Source: Thermoplasmatota archaeon
Lineage (GTDB): Archaea > Thermoplasmatota > E2 > DHVEG-1
DNA length: 55,631 bases
Assembly: GCA_029762575.1 (NCBI GenBank)
Contig: JARVGL010000002.1
Location: 1-55,631 of the forward strand
Direction: 5' to 3'
The translations under genes and the position numbers were made by a program. The notes under the pieces are model-generated. The model made no database searches and was not told the origin of the DNA. It saw only the letters and a program-made list of their open reading frames with translations. How positions within the stretch are numbered: position 1 is the stretch's first letter; every line of letters begins with the position of its first letter. Shown here one piece after another: positions 28,907 to 37,992 of the stretch.

Positions 28907-29410
28907 GTTTGACAAGCGTTCCTAAATTATGTTGTTGTAACCTGTTGGACTATTTAATGGTACGTATAAATTTCTCATGATTATTATCCTTTTCATTAAG
29001 ATAAACATATAAGTGTCTGTTAGTCTTCAACAATCCCCGTCACCTGATCAAAGAATCATATATGAGAGGTTGAATAATCAAATATGGTTACTGGTTCGTT
29101 AAACATTGTATGATGAATTATTCTTTCTGATAGACAATGAATTTTTCATATGACTATGGTGATGTACCTCTAACCTTCTTATCAAAATCATATGGATTCA
29201 ATGATAGATTGCTTTTCTTCAAAGGTTTTTTCTTTTTTTGAGAACTCAAATGAGAATACTATACTAGTGAATAACAAGATATAATAGTGAGACGAACCAT
29301 CACACAACACAAGGATTTTTTCAAGTCATTTTGTTAAAAAACATCATACATATATTTTTATCTACATTCTTTCTTATGAACCTGCTCATAGTTTTATATG
29401 GGGAAAGAGT

Positions 29411-30337
29411 ATGGTTAAAACATGTAGTAAATGCTCAAAACCTGCGGTAACGTTCATTCGTTATAACGGAACCCATCTCTGTAATGAACATTTTCTTATG
29501 TATGTGATTCGCCGAGTGAAAAAAGAGATGCGTCGACAGGGTAAGATACCACCGAATGAAAAAATCGGTGTTGCGGTGTCAGGCGGCAAAGACAGTCTTG
29601 TTACACTTCATCTATTAAAGGAACTATTTTCAAAAAGATCTGATATTAAGATTATTTCACTAACAGTCGATGAGGGGATAAAAGGATATCGAGATAAGAG
29701 TATACCCGTTGTAAAGAGAAATTGCGAACTCTTGGATGTGGAATCTCATATCATTTCATTTAAAGACGTTTTTGGGGCTACGATGGATGAGATCTTTATC
29801 AAAAAACCTTCTCAGATAGGTGCTTGTAGTTTTTGTGGTGTTTTCAGAAGATTTTGTTTGAATACACTAGCAAAAAAAGTAGGGGTCAATAAATTAGCAA
29901 CAGGTCATAATCTTGATGATATCTCTCAATCAGTTCTCATGAACTTTGTGAATGCGGATATCGAGAAATTAGCTCGTCTTGGGCCTCATAGAAAGATTCA
30001 ACCAGGTTTGATTCCTCGATTGATGCCGTTGCGACAGATCCCTGAGAAAGAAAACACGTTATATGCCCTTCTAAAAAATATTGAGTTCCATGATGCCGAA
30101 TGCCCGTATTCACATGAAGCATTACGAGGAGTGTTCAAAGAGATTTTATACGAACTTGAAGAAAAGAATCCAGGGACACGTCATAGTATTCTCCGAAGTT
30201 TCGATTCGATAAAAGAGATGCTAGAAGCGCTTTATCCTCCTTCACCACTAAATATCTGTCAGCGATGTGGTGAACCTACCCCTCATTTGATGTGTAAGGC
30301 ATGTGTATTACAGGATTTAGTAAAGGATCCTTGTTGA
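29411..30337 (+). CDS. PP-loop tRNA 2-thiolation protein (NcsA/Ncs6/TtuA family)
   Basis: 308 aa. N-terminal zinc finger CSKCSKP...CNEH, PP-loop VSGGKDS, C-terminal CQRCGEPTPHLMCKAC. Confidence 0.75.
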   Translation: MVKTCSKCSKPAVTFIRYNGTHLCNEHFLMYVIRRVKKEMRRQGKIPPNEKIGVAVSGGKDSLVTLHLLKELFSKRSDIKIISLTVDEGIKGYRDKSIPVVKRNCELLDVESHIISFKDVFGATMDEIFIKKPSQIGACSFCGVFRRFCLNTLAKKVGVNKLATGHNLDDISQSVLMNFVNADIEKLARLGPHRKIQPGLIPRLMPLRQIPEKENTLYALLKNIEFHDAECPYSHEALRGVFKEILYELEEKNPGTRHSILRSFDSIKEMLEALYPPSPLNICQRCGEPTPHLMCKACVLQDLVKDPC

Positions 30338-30474
30338 TGCCCTTGAGATATATTATTCCAAAAATATCAATAATTGAACACCTTTCTTCAATATGTCCGA
30401 TAGAGAAAATATTATTATGCTTTCGGATAATATTTATATAGTCTTATTATATTTTCCCATTGGGAGAATGGGGG

Positions 30475-30561
30475 ATGAACCATTTTTATACCTCTCTCCT
30501 CACCACCATCCTCACTCTCCTCATTCTCCTCAAAAGTACCGTTGATCATCGAATGTCATGA
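30475..30561 (+). CDS. Candidate 28-aa hydrophobic micro-protein (hypothetical)
   Basis: MNHFYTSLLTTILTLLILLKSTVDHRMS. TATTTATATA lies at 30431-30440 and GGGAGA/GGGGG just upstream. An overlapping alternative ORF at 30468-30545 gives MGDEPFLYLSPHHHPHSPHSPQKYR. Confidence 0.25.
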   Translation: MNHFYTSLLTTILTLLILLKSTVDHRMS

Positions 30562-30710
30562 AGTAAAACTATCATATTAGCACTTTTAAAATGTAATAGC
30601 TATATGGATGCTTGATCTCATCAAAAAACTTGATGATACCAATGATTACACTGATTATTGCATCATGCAGCAATGGTAAAGGAACCTGAATCTCTAAAAG
30701 AAAGAAATAG

Positions 30711-31235
30711 TTAAAGGAATTCCTTTAACCTCTTTAAAGATGGGTTCTGAATACCGCTACGTTTGACTGGAAAGATATTTTCTAAAAGCTGTGTTTCAAA
30801 AATAAATGCTCTATATGTCTTAACTAGTTCACTTTCGAATTTCTTTGCATCTTTGAGATCTTTTGCGGTGAAACAGATCACCCAATCGTAGGATCCATGC
30901 AAATAATAACTTGAACCTATCATAACTCCTAGTGTCTTAGCTTTTTTTTCGATGTGACGGGAGATGATCATTTCAGCTGCTTCATCCAATGGTTTATTTG
31001 CCTTTTTTACAAGCAGCATATATTCTCGAAGACCTAATTTCTCAAAGTCAGTTACTGCATGATATCCCCATATCGTATGTGAATCTTCAAGATTCTTGAT
31101 AATACGGCGCACTTTTGGTCCAGAGAAACCACAACGTTTCGCAATATCGTCAATACTCTCTTTAGCATGTGCTTGCAATTCCATTATGATCTTTTGTTCA
31201 TCCTTTTCAACCTGGGTTTTACTCCTTTTTGCCAT
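30711..31235 (-). CDS. Lrp/AsnC-family transcriptional regulator
   Basis: 174 aa from the internal ATG (MAKRSKTQVEKDEQKIIMELQAHAKESIDDIAKRCGFSGPKVRRIIKNLE). wHTH plus a C-terminal RAM-like domain. Confidence 0.7.
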   Translation of the reverse strand: MAKRSKTQVEKDEQKIIMELQAHAKESIDDIAKRCGFSGPKVRRIIKNLEDSHTIWGYHAVTDFEKLGLREYMLLVKKANKPLDEAAEMIISRHIEKKAKTLGVMIGSSYYLHGSYDWVICFTAKDLKDAKKFESELVKTYRAFIFETQLLENIFPVKRSGIQNPSLKRLKEFL

Positions 31236-31432
31236 ATTGTTACCTTCTACTACCATATTTGATATAAAAAGCACATTAAAAACATTTTCCACAAAATAAA
31301 CAAGTCTTTTGATATAATCTGTAACCTTTGATATGCTTTGAATACTGGACATTTGTTACATAAATAAATGGAGCGTTGCAGCCTACCTTGAGAAAAACCT
31401 TTTATGCTCCCATCCTTCTACTTGGTTTAATC

Positions 31433-32086
31433 ATGAACCGATTAAGGATTTCTTGTCCACCGCTTGATGATCTCCTTGGTGGAGGAATAGAAGAAAAAAC
31501 CATTACTGAGATATTTGGAGAAGCAGGTACCGGAAAGACAAACATCTGCCTTCAAGTTGCAAGGGAATGCGCAAATAATGGTAAGAAAGTAGCATATATC
31601 GATAGCGAAGGTGTTTCACTTGAGCGATTAAAACAGATGTGCCAAGGATATGATGAAGAAGAAATCCTAAATAATATTCTGATCTTCTCACCGTGTAGCC
31701 AAGACAATCAAGAAAAAATGATCGGTAATGCTTTGAAGATAAAAGATCTCTCTTTGATCATCGTTGACACCCTTAACCTCTTCTATCGATTAAATCTTGA
31801 AGAGGATAAAGAAGGTTGCATGCGGTCCTTTACTCGACAAGTTGGCATGCTTCAAAAAAACGCTAGAGAGAAAAACCTTTTCGTTATTGCAACAGAACAA
31901 GTATATACTGATAAAAATGGTGGCATAAGACCATTTACGAATAGAGATGTGGAACATCTTGTAAAAGCCATCATCAAACTTGAGAAGCTAGATATTGGAT
32001 TACGGGAGGCAACTATCATGAAACATCGGTCACAGCCCGAAGGAAAAAAAGCACAGTTCAGGATTGCCCAGGATGGATTGAAATAG
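31433..32086 (+). CDS. radB: DNA repair/recombination protein RadB
   Basis: 217 aa from the internal ATG (MNRLRISCPPLDDLLGGGIEEKTITEIFGEAGTGKTNICLQVA). Walker A GEAGTGKT, Walker B LIIVDT. No N-terminal HhH domain, so RadB rather than RadA. Confidence 0.75.
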   Translation: MNRLRISCPPLDDLLGGGIEEKTITEIFGEAGTGKTNICLQVARECANNGKKVAYIDSEGVSLERLKQMCQGYDEEEILNNILIFSPCSQDNQEKMIGNALKIKDLSLIIVDTLNLFYRLNLEEDKEGCMRSFTRQVGMLQKNAREKNLFVIATEQVYTDKNGGIRPFTNRDVEHLVKAIIKLEKLDIGLREATIMKHRSQPEGKKAQFRIAQDGLK

Positions 32087-32089
32087 ACT

Positions 32090-33205
32090 ATGAGAGAGAT
32101 TACATCATGGCTTCATGAAAGCACATATATCGAACCTTTATCACCTGGATGTCGGATGTGTGCTCGTGGATCAAAACTTGTTCTCCTCATAACAGGTATT
32201 TGCCCTGCCTCATGTTATTATTGTCCTTTAAGCTTTAAAAAAGGAGGAAAGGATGTCATTTATGCGGATGAATGGAAGCTAAAAAATCAAGATGATGTGA
32301 AAACCCTGCTTAAAGAAGCCACCTATATTAAGGCAGAAGGCGCAGGAATCACCGGTGGCGATCCTCTTTCAAAATGGGAGCGGACCATCCGCTATATTAC
32401 GCTGTTAAAAAATGAATATGGTGCTTCCTTTCACATCCATCTATACACTTCAGGTTTGCATCATGCTGAGGCGATCCCCGACATAGTTGCTGCTGGACTT
32501 GATGAAATTCGATTCCACCCACCTCCCCATTATTGGAGTGATATGGCTGTAAGTCCCTTAGCCAAAACAATAGCAAGATCACTAGATACAACAGCCGATG
32601 TTGCAATAGAGATTCCATCGATTCCATCTTGGCAGAAACAGATCATTTCTCTCATCGATTGGTCTGAACGACAAGGTATTAAATGGATCAATCTCAACGA
32701 ACTTGAATTCTCTGAACGTAACTCATTAGCTCTTGAAGAAAGAGGCTTTCAAGTAAAAGATGATATCTCTGCAGCGGTCCTAGGTAGTCAAGAAACTGCG
32801 ATAGCGGTTCTTCAACATATCGCGCTGACAGATTACATGATCGGTGTTCACTATTGTTCTTCGTCATTCAAAGACGGTATCCAACTAACGAACCGCATCA
32901 AAAGACGAGCAAGAAGCATAGCTAGGGAAACCGATATCATCACAGATGAGGGAACAATACTTAAAGGCATTATCCAACCGATGCATGGAACCACTCTTTT
33001 TGATCTTTCAGAACTGTTGCAGCACAAGTATCATCTATCAAAGAAAACCTTTTATCTTAATAGAAAACAAAAGAGGATTGAACTACACCTTGATATCCTA
33101 GAAAAGATCGCTAAGGATATCACAAAAAAGGGCCATCAGTGTTTTATTATCGAGGAATATCCCACTGCTGATAAATTGGAAGTTGAACGGATCCCGTTAC
33201 CATAG
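32090..33205 (+). CDS. Radical SAM protein (COG2108-like, function unknown)
   Basis: 371 aa. CPASCYYCP (CxxxCxxC cluster), later GITGGDPL. Starts 3 nt after the radB stop. Confidence 0.6.
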   Translation: MREITSWLHESTYIEPLSPGCRMCARGSKLVLLITGICPASCYYCPLSFKKGGKDVIYADEWKLKNQDDVKTLLKEATYIKAEGAGITGGDPLSKWERTIRYITLLKNEYGASFHIHLYTSGLHHAEAIPDIVAAGLDEIRFHPPPHYWSDMAVSPLAKTIARSLDTTADVAIEIPSIPSWQKQIISLIDWSERQGIKWINLNELEFSERNSLALEERGFQVKDDISAAVLGSQETAIAVLQHIALTDYMIGVHYCSSSFKDGIQLTNRIKRRARSIARETDIITDEGTILKGIIQPMHGTTLFDLSELLQHKYHLSKKTFYLNRKQKRIELHLDILEKIAKDITKKGHQCFIIEEYPTADKLEVERIPLP

Positions 33206-33339
33206 AGCAACAACATGATGTTTTCTGATGGTTTTCTAGGTAACACCTGAAAAAGGTTTTTATATATCCCCCTCATTTCCCACTCATCAACCCACATGGG
33301 TTGCATCTATGAAGGCTTCAAACGGAGGCTAAAAGAACT

Positions 33340-33708
33340 ATGGCAATATTTGTGAAATTCCAAACACCCAAAGAAGTGCAGGATTTAGCCTATGATCTTG
33401 TTGAAAAAGCTCGAGATACCGGCAAAATCAGTAAAGGTGCAAATGAGGCAACAAAACAAGTAGAACGTGGACAAGCAAAGATAGTGATAATGGCTGAAGA
33501 TGTTACCCCTGAGGAGATCCTTGCGCATATGCCTGTGCTCTGCGAAGAGAAAAACATACCATATGCATATGTCCCAAGTAAAGATGAACTCGGAAACGCT
33601 GCTGGATTACATGTTCCAACAACAGCCGTTGCGATAACGAATACAGGAAAGGACAAGAACACTCTTGAAACACTGGTTAAAAAAACCGCTGAATTGAAAC
33701 AACAGTGA
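33340..33708 (+). CDS. rpl7ae: 50S ribosomal protein L7Ae
   Basis: 122 aa. [47 protein letters not shown]. Confidence 0.95.
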   Translation: MAIFVKFQTPKEVQDLAYDLVEKARDTGKISKGANEATKQVERGQAKIVIMAEDVTPEEILAHMPVLCEEKNIPYAYVPSKDELGNAAGLHVPTTAVAITNTGKDKNTLETLVKKTAELKQQ

Positions 33709-33714
33709 TAAAAT

Positions 33715-33924
33715 ATGGTTGAAGGAACACCCTGTGAAGTTGTTGAAATCATTCATCGTACGGGTATGGCTGGAGAAGCACAGCAGGTTAAACTACGGGT
33801 ACTTGATGGTATGGATAAAGGAAAGATCATTACCCGAAATGTGATTGGACCAGTACAGCTCGGTGATATACTTATGCTTAACGAGACCCAACGTGAGGCG
33901 AAAAGCCTTGGTGGCCCACGGTAA
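33715..33924 (+). CDS. rps28e: 30S ribosomal protein S28e
   Basis: 69 aa. RTGMAGEAQQVKLRVL...RNVIGPVQLGDILMLNETQREA. Confidence 0.9.
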   Translation: MVEGTPCEVVEIIHRTGMAGEAQQVKLRVLDGMDKGKIITRNVIGPVQLGDILMLNETQREAKSLGGPR

Positions 33925-33950
33925 TTATAATAATGAGGAAGTGGTGATCA

Positions 33951-34133
33951 ATGGTTGAAAGACGTATTTGTTCATTTTGCGGGAATGAGATTGAACCTGG
34001 AACAGGAAAAATGTATGCAAAAAAAGATGGTACCGTGTTGTATTTCTGCAAAAACAAATGTCAGAAGAACATGTTGAAACTCAAACGTGTGCCTCGAAGA
34101 GTTCGTTGGAGTAAGTTTTTCGCGAAACAATAG
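33951..34133 (+). CDS. rpl24e: 50S ribosomal protein L24e
   Basis: 60 aa. [16 protein letters not shown]...FCKNKCQKN zinc motif. Confidence 0.9.
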   Translation: MVERRICSFCGNEIEPGTGKMYAKKDGTVLYFCKNKCQKNMLKLKRVPRRVRWSKFFAKQ

Positions 34134-34152
34134 TGTGGTATTGTTTCATACA

Positions 34153-34160
34153 TTTTTTTT
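34153..34160 (+). terminator. Oligo-T archaeal terminator after rpl24e
   Basis: A T8 run 20 nt downstream of the rpl24e stop. Confidence 0.4.
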
Positions 34161-34315
34161 CTTTAAATCTTTTGAATAATTACGTTATACGATGGAAGTA
34201 GAAGAATAAACAGGTTGGGTTTGAGAAAGAAAAGGTCTATAGGGCTGTTCACGACTAAACAATGCTATGTCGGCCCCTTTTGACCTTTATCGATTGTATG
34301 AGAATCTATTTATCA

Positions 34316-36328
34316 TCAGTAAAAACTTGCTTGTATCCAACCTCGTGTGGATCCATATCCTATAATGAATCCTCTCCATTGTCCATAATAGGTTTGTGTA
34401 TCTTGGTCATATCGGTTGAATGAACCGATGATGTTTACAATCCGATTGTCGACTGCTGATTGAATGATAAACATATTTCTTGAGACTATACCTTGGAATT
34501 GATTTGTTCTCTCTGAACCTATTGGGCTTACGGTACCATGGATAAAATGTCTTCCTCGAAAATCTCTGTACGATCCATCTAAAGAAAGTTTTCCTTCTCT
34601 TTCACTGTGTAATCCAAGTTCTGCTTGGAAATTGCCGCTATGGGTAAGTCCCTTAACTTGAGGCATGTTGACAGGTAACGGATCTGACCAGACACTCTCC
34701 AATCCAGATGTATCTTTTACCTTGACTTTGACACTATAACTTCCTTTTGTGTTCCAAATATGAGACATACTAGCGGTTTGACCTGATTCATATGGTCCAA
34801 CCCATCCACTGTTTGTTCCATCAGCCCAGTCGAACCAGTAATAAATATTATCATTATCAGGATCAGTGGTTGTTGATGAATAGGTATATGATCGTCCTGT
34901 TCTACCTGTTGAAGGTCCTGAGATAGTAGGTTTAACCGGAGGGTTATTTGATGATATTGCAACGGTCTTTGCTGTTGAAAAAGGACTTTGACCACCTTTA
35001 GAGTCCTCTGCCATAACCTGTACAGGATAGGTGCCTGCAGTGTTCCATGTATGGGTCCTGCTATCTGTTGTTCCACTGCTCATTAGACCACTCCATTCAT
35101 CGACCGTTCCATCACCATCCCAATCCCAACCATATCGAATGGTGTCACTATCAGGATCAGTTGTGCTTGTGGAATAGGTATAGGCTGTTCCTATTCTTCC
35201 AGTTGCTGGTCCACTGGGTGTCGTAGGTTTGTTTGGTGGGTTATTGGCACTAGTTACCGTAATGATCAATGCCGGTGAGAATCCACTCTGAGCTCCGTGA
35301 ACATCTTCTGCTTTGACACGGAGATAAAAAGTTCCTGTGCCTGTGAATTTTATATTTATTAAGCAAGGTGCCCCTGAGGAATAGTAATTGGTCGTCCAAT
35401 GGTCGACTAATCCATCATTATTAAAATCAAGGCCATATCTGATGTTATCTCCATCGATATCTGTTGTACTAAAAGTATAGGTATTCCATGTTCCTTCTGT
35501 TACTGTGGTTGGTCCAACAGGTTTTCCTGGAGTGTTTGGCGGATGGTTTTCAATTTCGCTCTCTCCAGTAATGACAAATGCTAGATCTAGTGAAGTAATA
35601 AATGATGGTGGTTCATAGAGTTCAACCCAATCAAGTTCATACCAGTATCTATGAACGGCATCATCATTCCAGTGATTTAAAGATGATTTCCATCCCCATC
35701 GTTGTTGAGGGGAATCCGCGTGGACAATTGCAGAGATACTTAACCAATAGATGGTTCCTTCTTCTTGGATGAATGGACTTTCGATATTTTCGATATTATA
35801 TTGCCAGTAGAGCTCATGATCATCAGAAACATAGAAACCTTCTCCCGGGTCATACCATCCTTGAAGTCCGTCCCATGGGCCTGAGACAACCCACTCGGTG
35901 GGATAAAATGTTCTTTCCCATAGTGTTACACCTGGTCGACTATAGGGTATAGTTGGGGGATTGGCAGGTATGTCCGCGGCGATTGAAATAGTGAATGCAA
36001 GAAGGTTGCCTACAGTATCATTTAACCAGGAACCCCAGAAATGGATATCTGTTATAGGTCCGGATTCTGAACACATCCAGTCATCTGCAAGGCAATTGCG
36101 AGGGAATACTCCTTCTACATATGTTGCATCTACGCCCCACCCCAATGGGTCAGGGAGTTGTGGAAAATGCATTTTATGGTCATCACCTGAATCCCAATCT
36201 GTTGTATCTGTTTGTTTTTCCTCGATAACGAATTGTTCCTGATTGATTGGTGTCGTCTTAAGTGCAGGTATGCCGGTAGCAGTGAGAAACAGCGTTATGA
36301 TTATCAATCCAATTAGATATTTTTTCAA
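34316..36328 (-). CDS. Secreted multidomain protein: unknown N-domain, three PKD-like repeats, unknown C-domain
   Basis: 670 aa. TTG start 6 nt after GAGGTGA. Signal/anchor KKYLIGLIIITLFLTATGIPA. N-domain motifs HFPQLPDPLGWGVD and LADDWMC..GPITDIHFWGSW. Three repeats, then a ~115-aa beta-rich tail with no TM. Confidence 0.7.
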   Translation of the reverse strand: MKKYLIGLIIITLFLTATGIPALKTTPINQEQFVIEEKQTDTTDWDSGDDHKMHFPQLPDPLGWGVDATYVEGVFPRNCLADDWMCSESGPITDIHFWGSWLNDTVGNLLAFTISIAADIPANPPTIPYSRPGVTLWERTFYPTEWVVSGPWDGLQGWYDPGEGFYVSDDHELYWQYNIENIESPFIQEEGTIYWLSISAIVHADSPQQRWGWKSSLNHWNDDAVHRYWYELDWVELYEPPSFITSLDLAFVITGESEIENHPPNTPGKPVGPTTVTEGTWNTYTFSTTDIDGDNIRYGLDFNNDGLVDHWTTNYYSSGAPCLINIKFTGTGTFYLRVKAEDVHGAQSGFSPALIITVTSANNPPNKPTTPSGPATGRIGTAYTYSTSTTDPDSDTIRYGWDWDGDGTVDEWSGLMSSGTTDSRTHTWNTAGTYPVQVMAEDSKGGQSPFSTAKTVAISSNNPPVKPTISGPSTGRTGRSYTYSSTTTDPDNDNIYYWFDWADGTNSGWVGPYESGQTASMSHIWNTKGSYSVKVKVKDTSGLESVWSDPLPVNMPQVKGLTHSGNFQAELGLHSEREGKLSLDGSYRDFRGRHFIHGTVSPIGSERTNQFQGIVSRNMFIIQSAVDNRIVNIIGSFNRYDQDTQTYYGQWRGFIIGYGSTRGWIQASFY
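34664..35545 (-). repeat. Three tandem ~95-codon PKD-like coding repeats
   Basis: The repeats start PPNTPGKP, PPNKPTTP and PPVKPTIS. Each carries Y(T)YS..T.D.D.D.I.Y..D(W/F)..DG and a G(T/S)Y.V.V.A/V.D core. Only about 40% aa identity, so not recent duplicates. Confidence 0.7.
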
Positions 36329-36617
36329 GATTTTTCACCTCTTTTTTAATTTCTCCCCAAATAGTTGAATAAAGACCCTATTTCAAATCATTTGCAGTCT
36401 ATTTATAGTTTTTGAGCTAGTTGAAAGAAGTAACAATATGATGGAATAAGCTGCAAATTATGTCGGAGGAAACGTAATATTATAGTATATATGATGGATG
36501 ATATAAACCGGTTTTTATCGATATAGGGTTATCTATCTAAAAGTGAAGAATATGTTCATAAGATTTCAAGAACATTGAAAAGTAATTATTCTTTCGTAAT
36601 AAGGTTCTGATTTTAAG

Positions 36618-36632
36618 AAATATTAAAAATAA
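36618..36632 (+). promoter_or_regulatory. Candidate TATA box for a leaderless larA-like transcript
   Basis: AAATATTAAAAATAA lies about 25-35 nt upstream of ATG 36656. No SD motif in between. Confidence 0.3.
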
Positions 36633-36655
36633 CTGTATGTATCTAGATATTTATC

Positions 36656-37921
36656 ATGAAAGTATCAATACCATACGGAGTAGAATATTTGAATGTATCA
36701 ATTCCAGATAAGAACCTAAGCGGTATAATCAAAACTAACGAGATGATTGGATCGGATTCCCCGTATAAACTTATTGAACAAGCGTTACGGACGCCCTTGG
36801 GAGCACAACATCTGAGTACTATCGTCTCACCAGGTGACACCATCGCTATTGTGGTTGATGATTATACAAGACCTTGCCCAACAAACATACTTCTTCCTCC
36901 ATTATTAAAAGAGCTAAAACAAAGTGGCATCAGCGAAACAGATATCACCATCATCATTGGAACAGGGACTCATCATCCTCCATCTATTGATTCAATACAA
37001 TCGATACTTGGCCATAAGATTGCTAGAGCGTATAACGTTATATACAATGACCAACAATCATCAACGTTTGTATCTGTTGGTCTCTCAACATATCATCATC
37101 AGATTGAGGTCTTGAAAGAATATCTAGATGCAGATGTTAAGATGCTTGTTAGTGATATAGAATATCATTATTTTGCAGGATATGGGGGTATACGGAAAAG
37201 TATCCTACCGGCCATCTCATCAAAACAGACCATACAACAGAATCATGCAATGATGTTTGATGTTCATGCAACCACTGGGAATCTTAAAAAAAATCCGGTC
37301 CATTTAGAAATGATGGAAGCAATGAACCTGGCCGGTTGTGATTTTGCCCTTGGATGTGTACTTAACTCAACACATGAGATTGTTGGAGTATGGGCCGGAG
37401 ATCCAGAAAAAGTGATGGACAACGGTATCAAATTAGTAGACATAATGTATAAATCAGAGATATCTGAAAAACCAGATATCGTTGTAGTATCTGCAGACGG
37501 TGCACCCCATGACATCAATCTCTATCAAGCCTTAAAAGCATTATATACTGCATCCCAAGTGGTAAAGGAGGGTGGATGGATCATCCTTGTTGCTGAGTGT
37601 AAAGAGGGGTTAGGTAGCGATCTCTATCATGAATGTTTACAAAAGTATCCGACCTCTTCAGAAATAAAAAAAGCATTAGAAGACAATTTTAAGATAGGTG
37701 CCCATAAAGCCTATTATCATAGGAAGGCAGTTGAAACATTTCATATCTGCCTGATTTCCTCATTACATGAATCATTTGTAGATAGATTCCTTTCATTTCA
37801 TCCATTCTCATCTGTTCAAGATGCATTGGACCATGCTATACAAAATTCAGGTGATAATCCACGTGTTCTTGTACTTCCCCATGGTACAACCACATATGTT
37901 GAAATCTCTGAATCATCATAA
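36656..37921 (+). CDS. LarA-family (nickel-pincer-nucleotide dependent) racemase/epimerase homologue
   Basis: 421 aa (DUF2088-like). VVDDYTRP, GTGTHHP (His106/107), EYHYFAGYGGIRKSILP (His171, Lys181) and QNHAMM (His197). Confidence 0.7.
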   Translation: MKVSIPYGVEYLNVSIPDKNLSGIIKTNEMIGSDSPYKLIEQALRTPLGAQHLSTIVSPGDTIAIVVDDYTRPCPTNILLPPLLKELKQSGISETDITIIIGTGTHHPPSIDSIQSILGHKIARAYNVIYNDQQSSTFVSVGLSTYHHQIEVLKEYLDADVKMLVSDIEYHYFAGYGGIRKSILPAISSKQTIQQNHAMMFDVHATTGNLKKNPVHLEMMEAMNLAGCDFALGCVLNSTHEIVGVWAGDPEKVMDNGIKLVDIMYKSEISEKPDIVVVSADGAPHDINLYQALKALYTASQVVKEGGWIILVAECKEGLGSDLYHECLQKYPTSSEIKKALEDNFKIGAHKAYYHRKAVETFHICLISSLHESFVDRFLSFHPFSSVQDALDHAIQNSGDNPRVLVLPHGTTTYVEISESS

Positions 37922-37992
37922 TAATCGTGTCATTTACATTTGTATCATCTTTCACCGATCAATATTTTTTTCATTTTGATATTTCCCCACCG

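Noticed and set aside
29110-29130. A C/D-box sRNA candidate: ATGATGA, 10 nt, then CTGA, in the tbp upstream spacer.
   Set aside because: The spacer is 10 nt rather than about 12. No matching C' box or terminal D box (CTGA) lies at the expected distance, and there is no terminal stem.
30478-30535. The 58-nt G-free CT-rich tract considered as a standalone signal (H-DNA or triplex, or a pyrimidine-tract binding site).
   Set aside because: It contains interspersed A, so it is not a pure mirror-repeat polypyrimidine. My rough estimate, assuming about 19% G, is that a G-free or C-free run of this length is expected about 0.1-1 times per window by chance. It is retained only as part of the micro-ORF finding.
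33390-33752. A 120-aa minus-strand ORF. Similar shadow ORFs occur at 5037-5411(-), 863-1535(+), 34717-35076(-), 52438-52884(-), 20084-20692(-) and 41543-41806(-).
   Set aside because: These are antisense or alternative-frame overlaps of confidently identified genes (rpl7ae, rpl44e, orc1, the PKD protein gene, the EamA gene, hutU, carbamate kinase). Their low-complexity, Ser/Pro/Cys-rich translations are typical of shadow ORFs.
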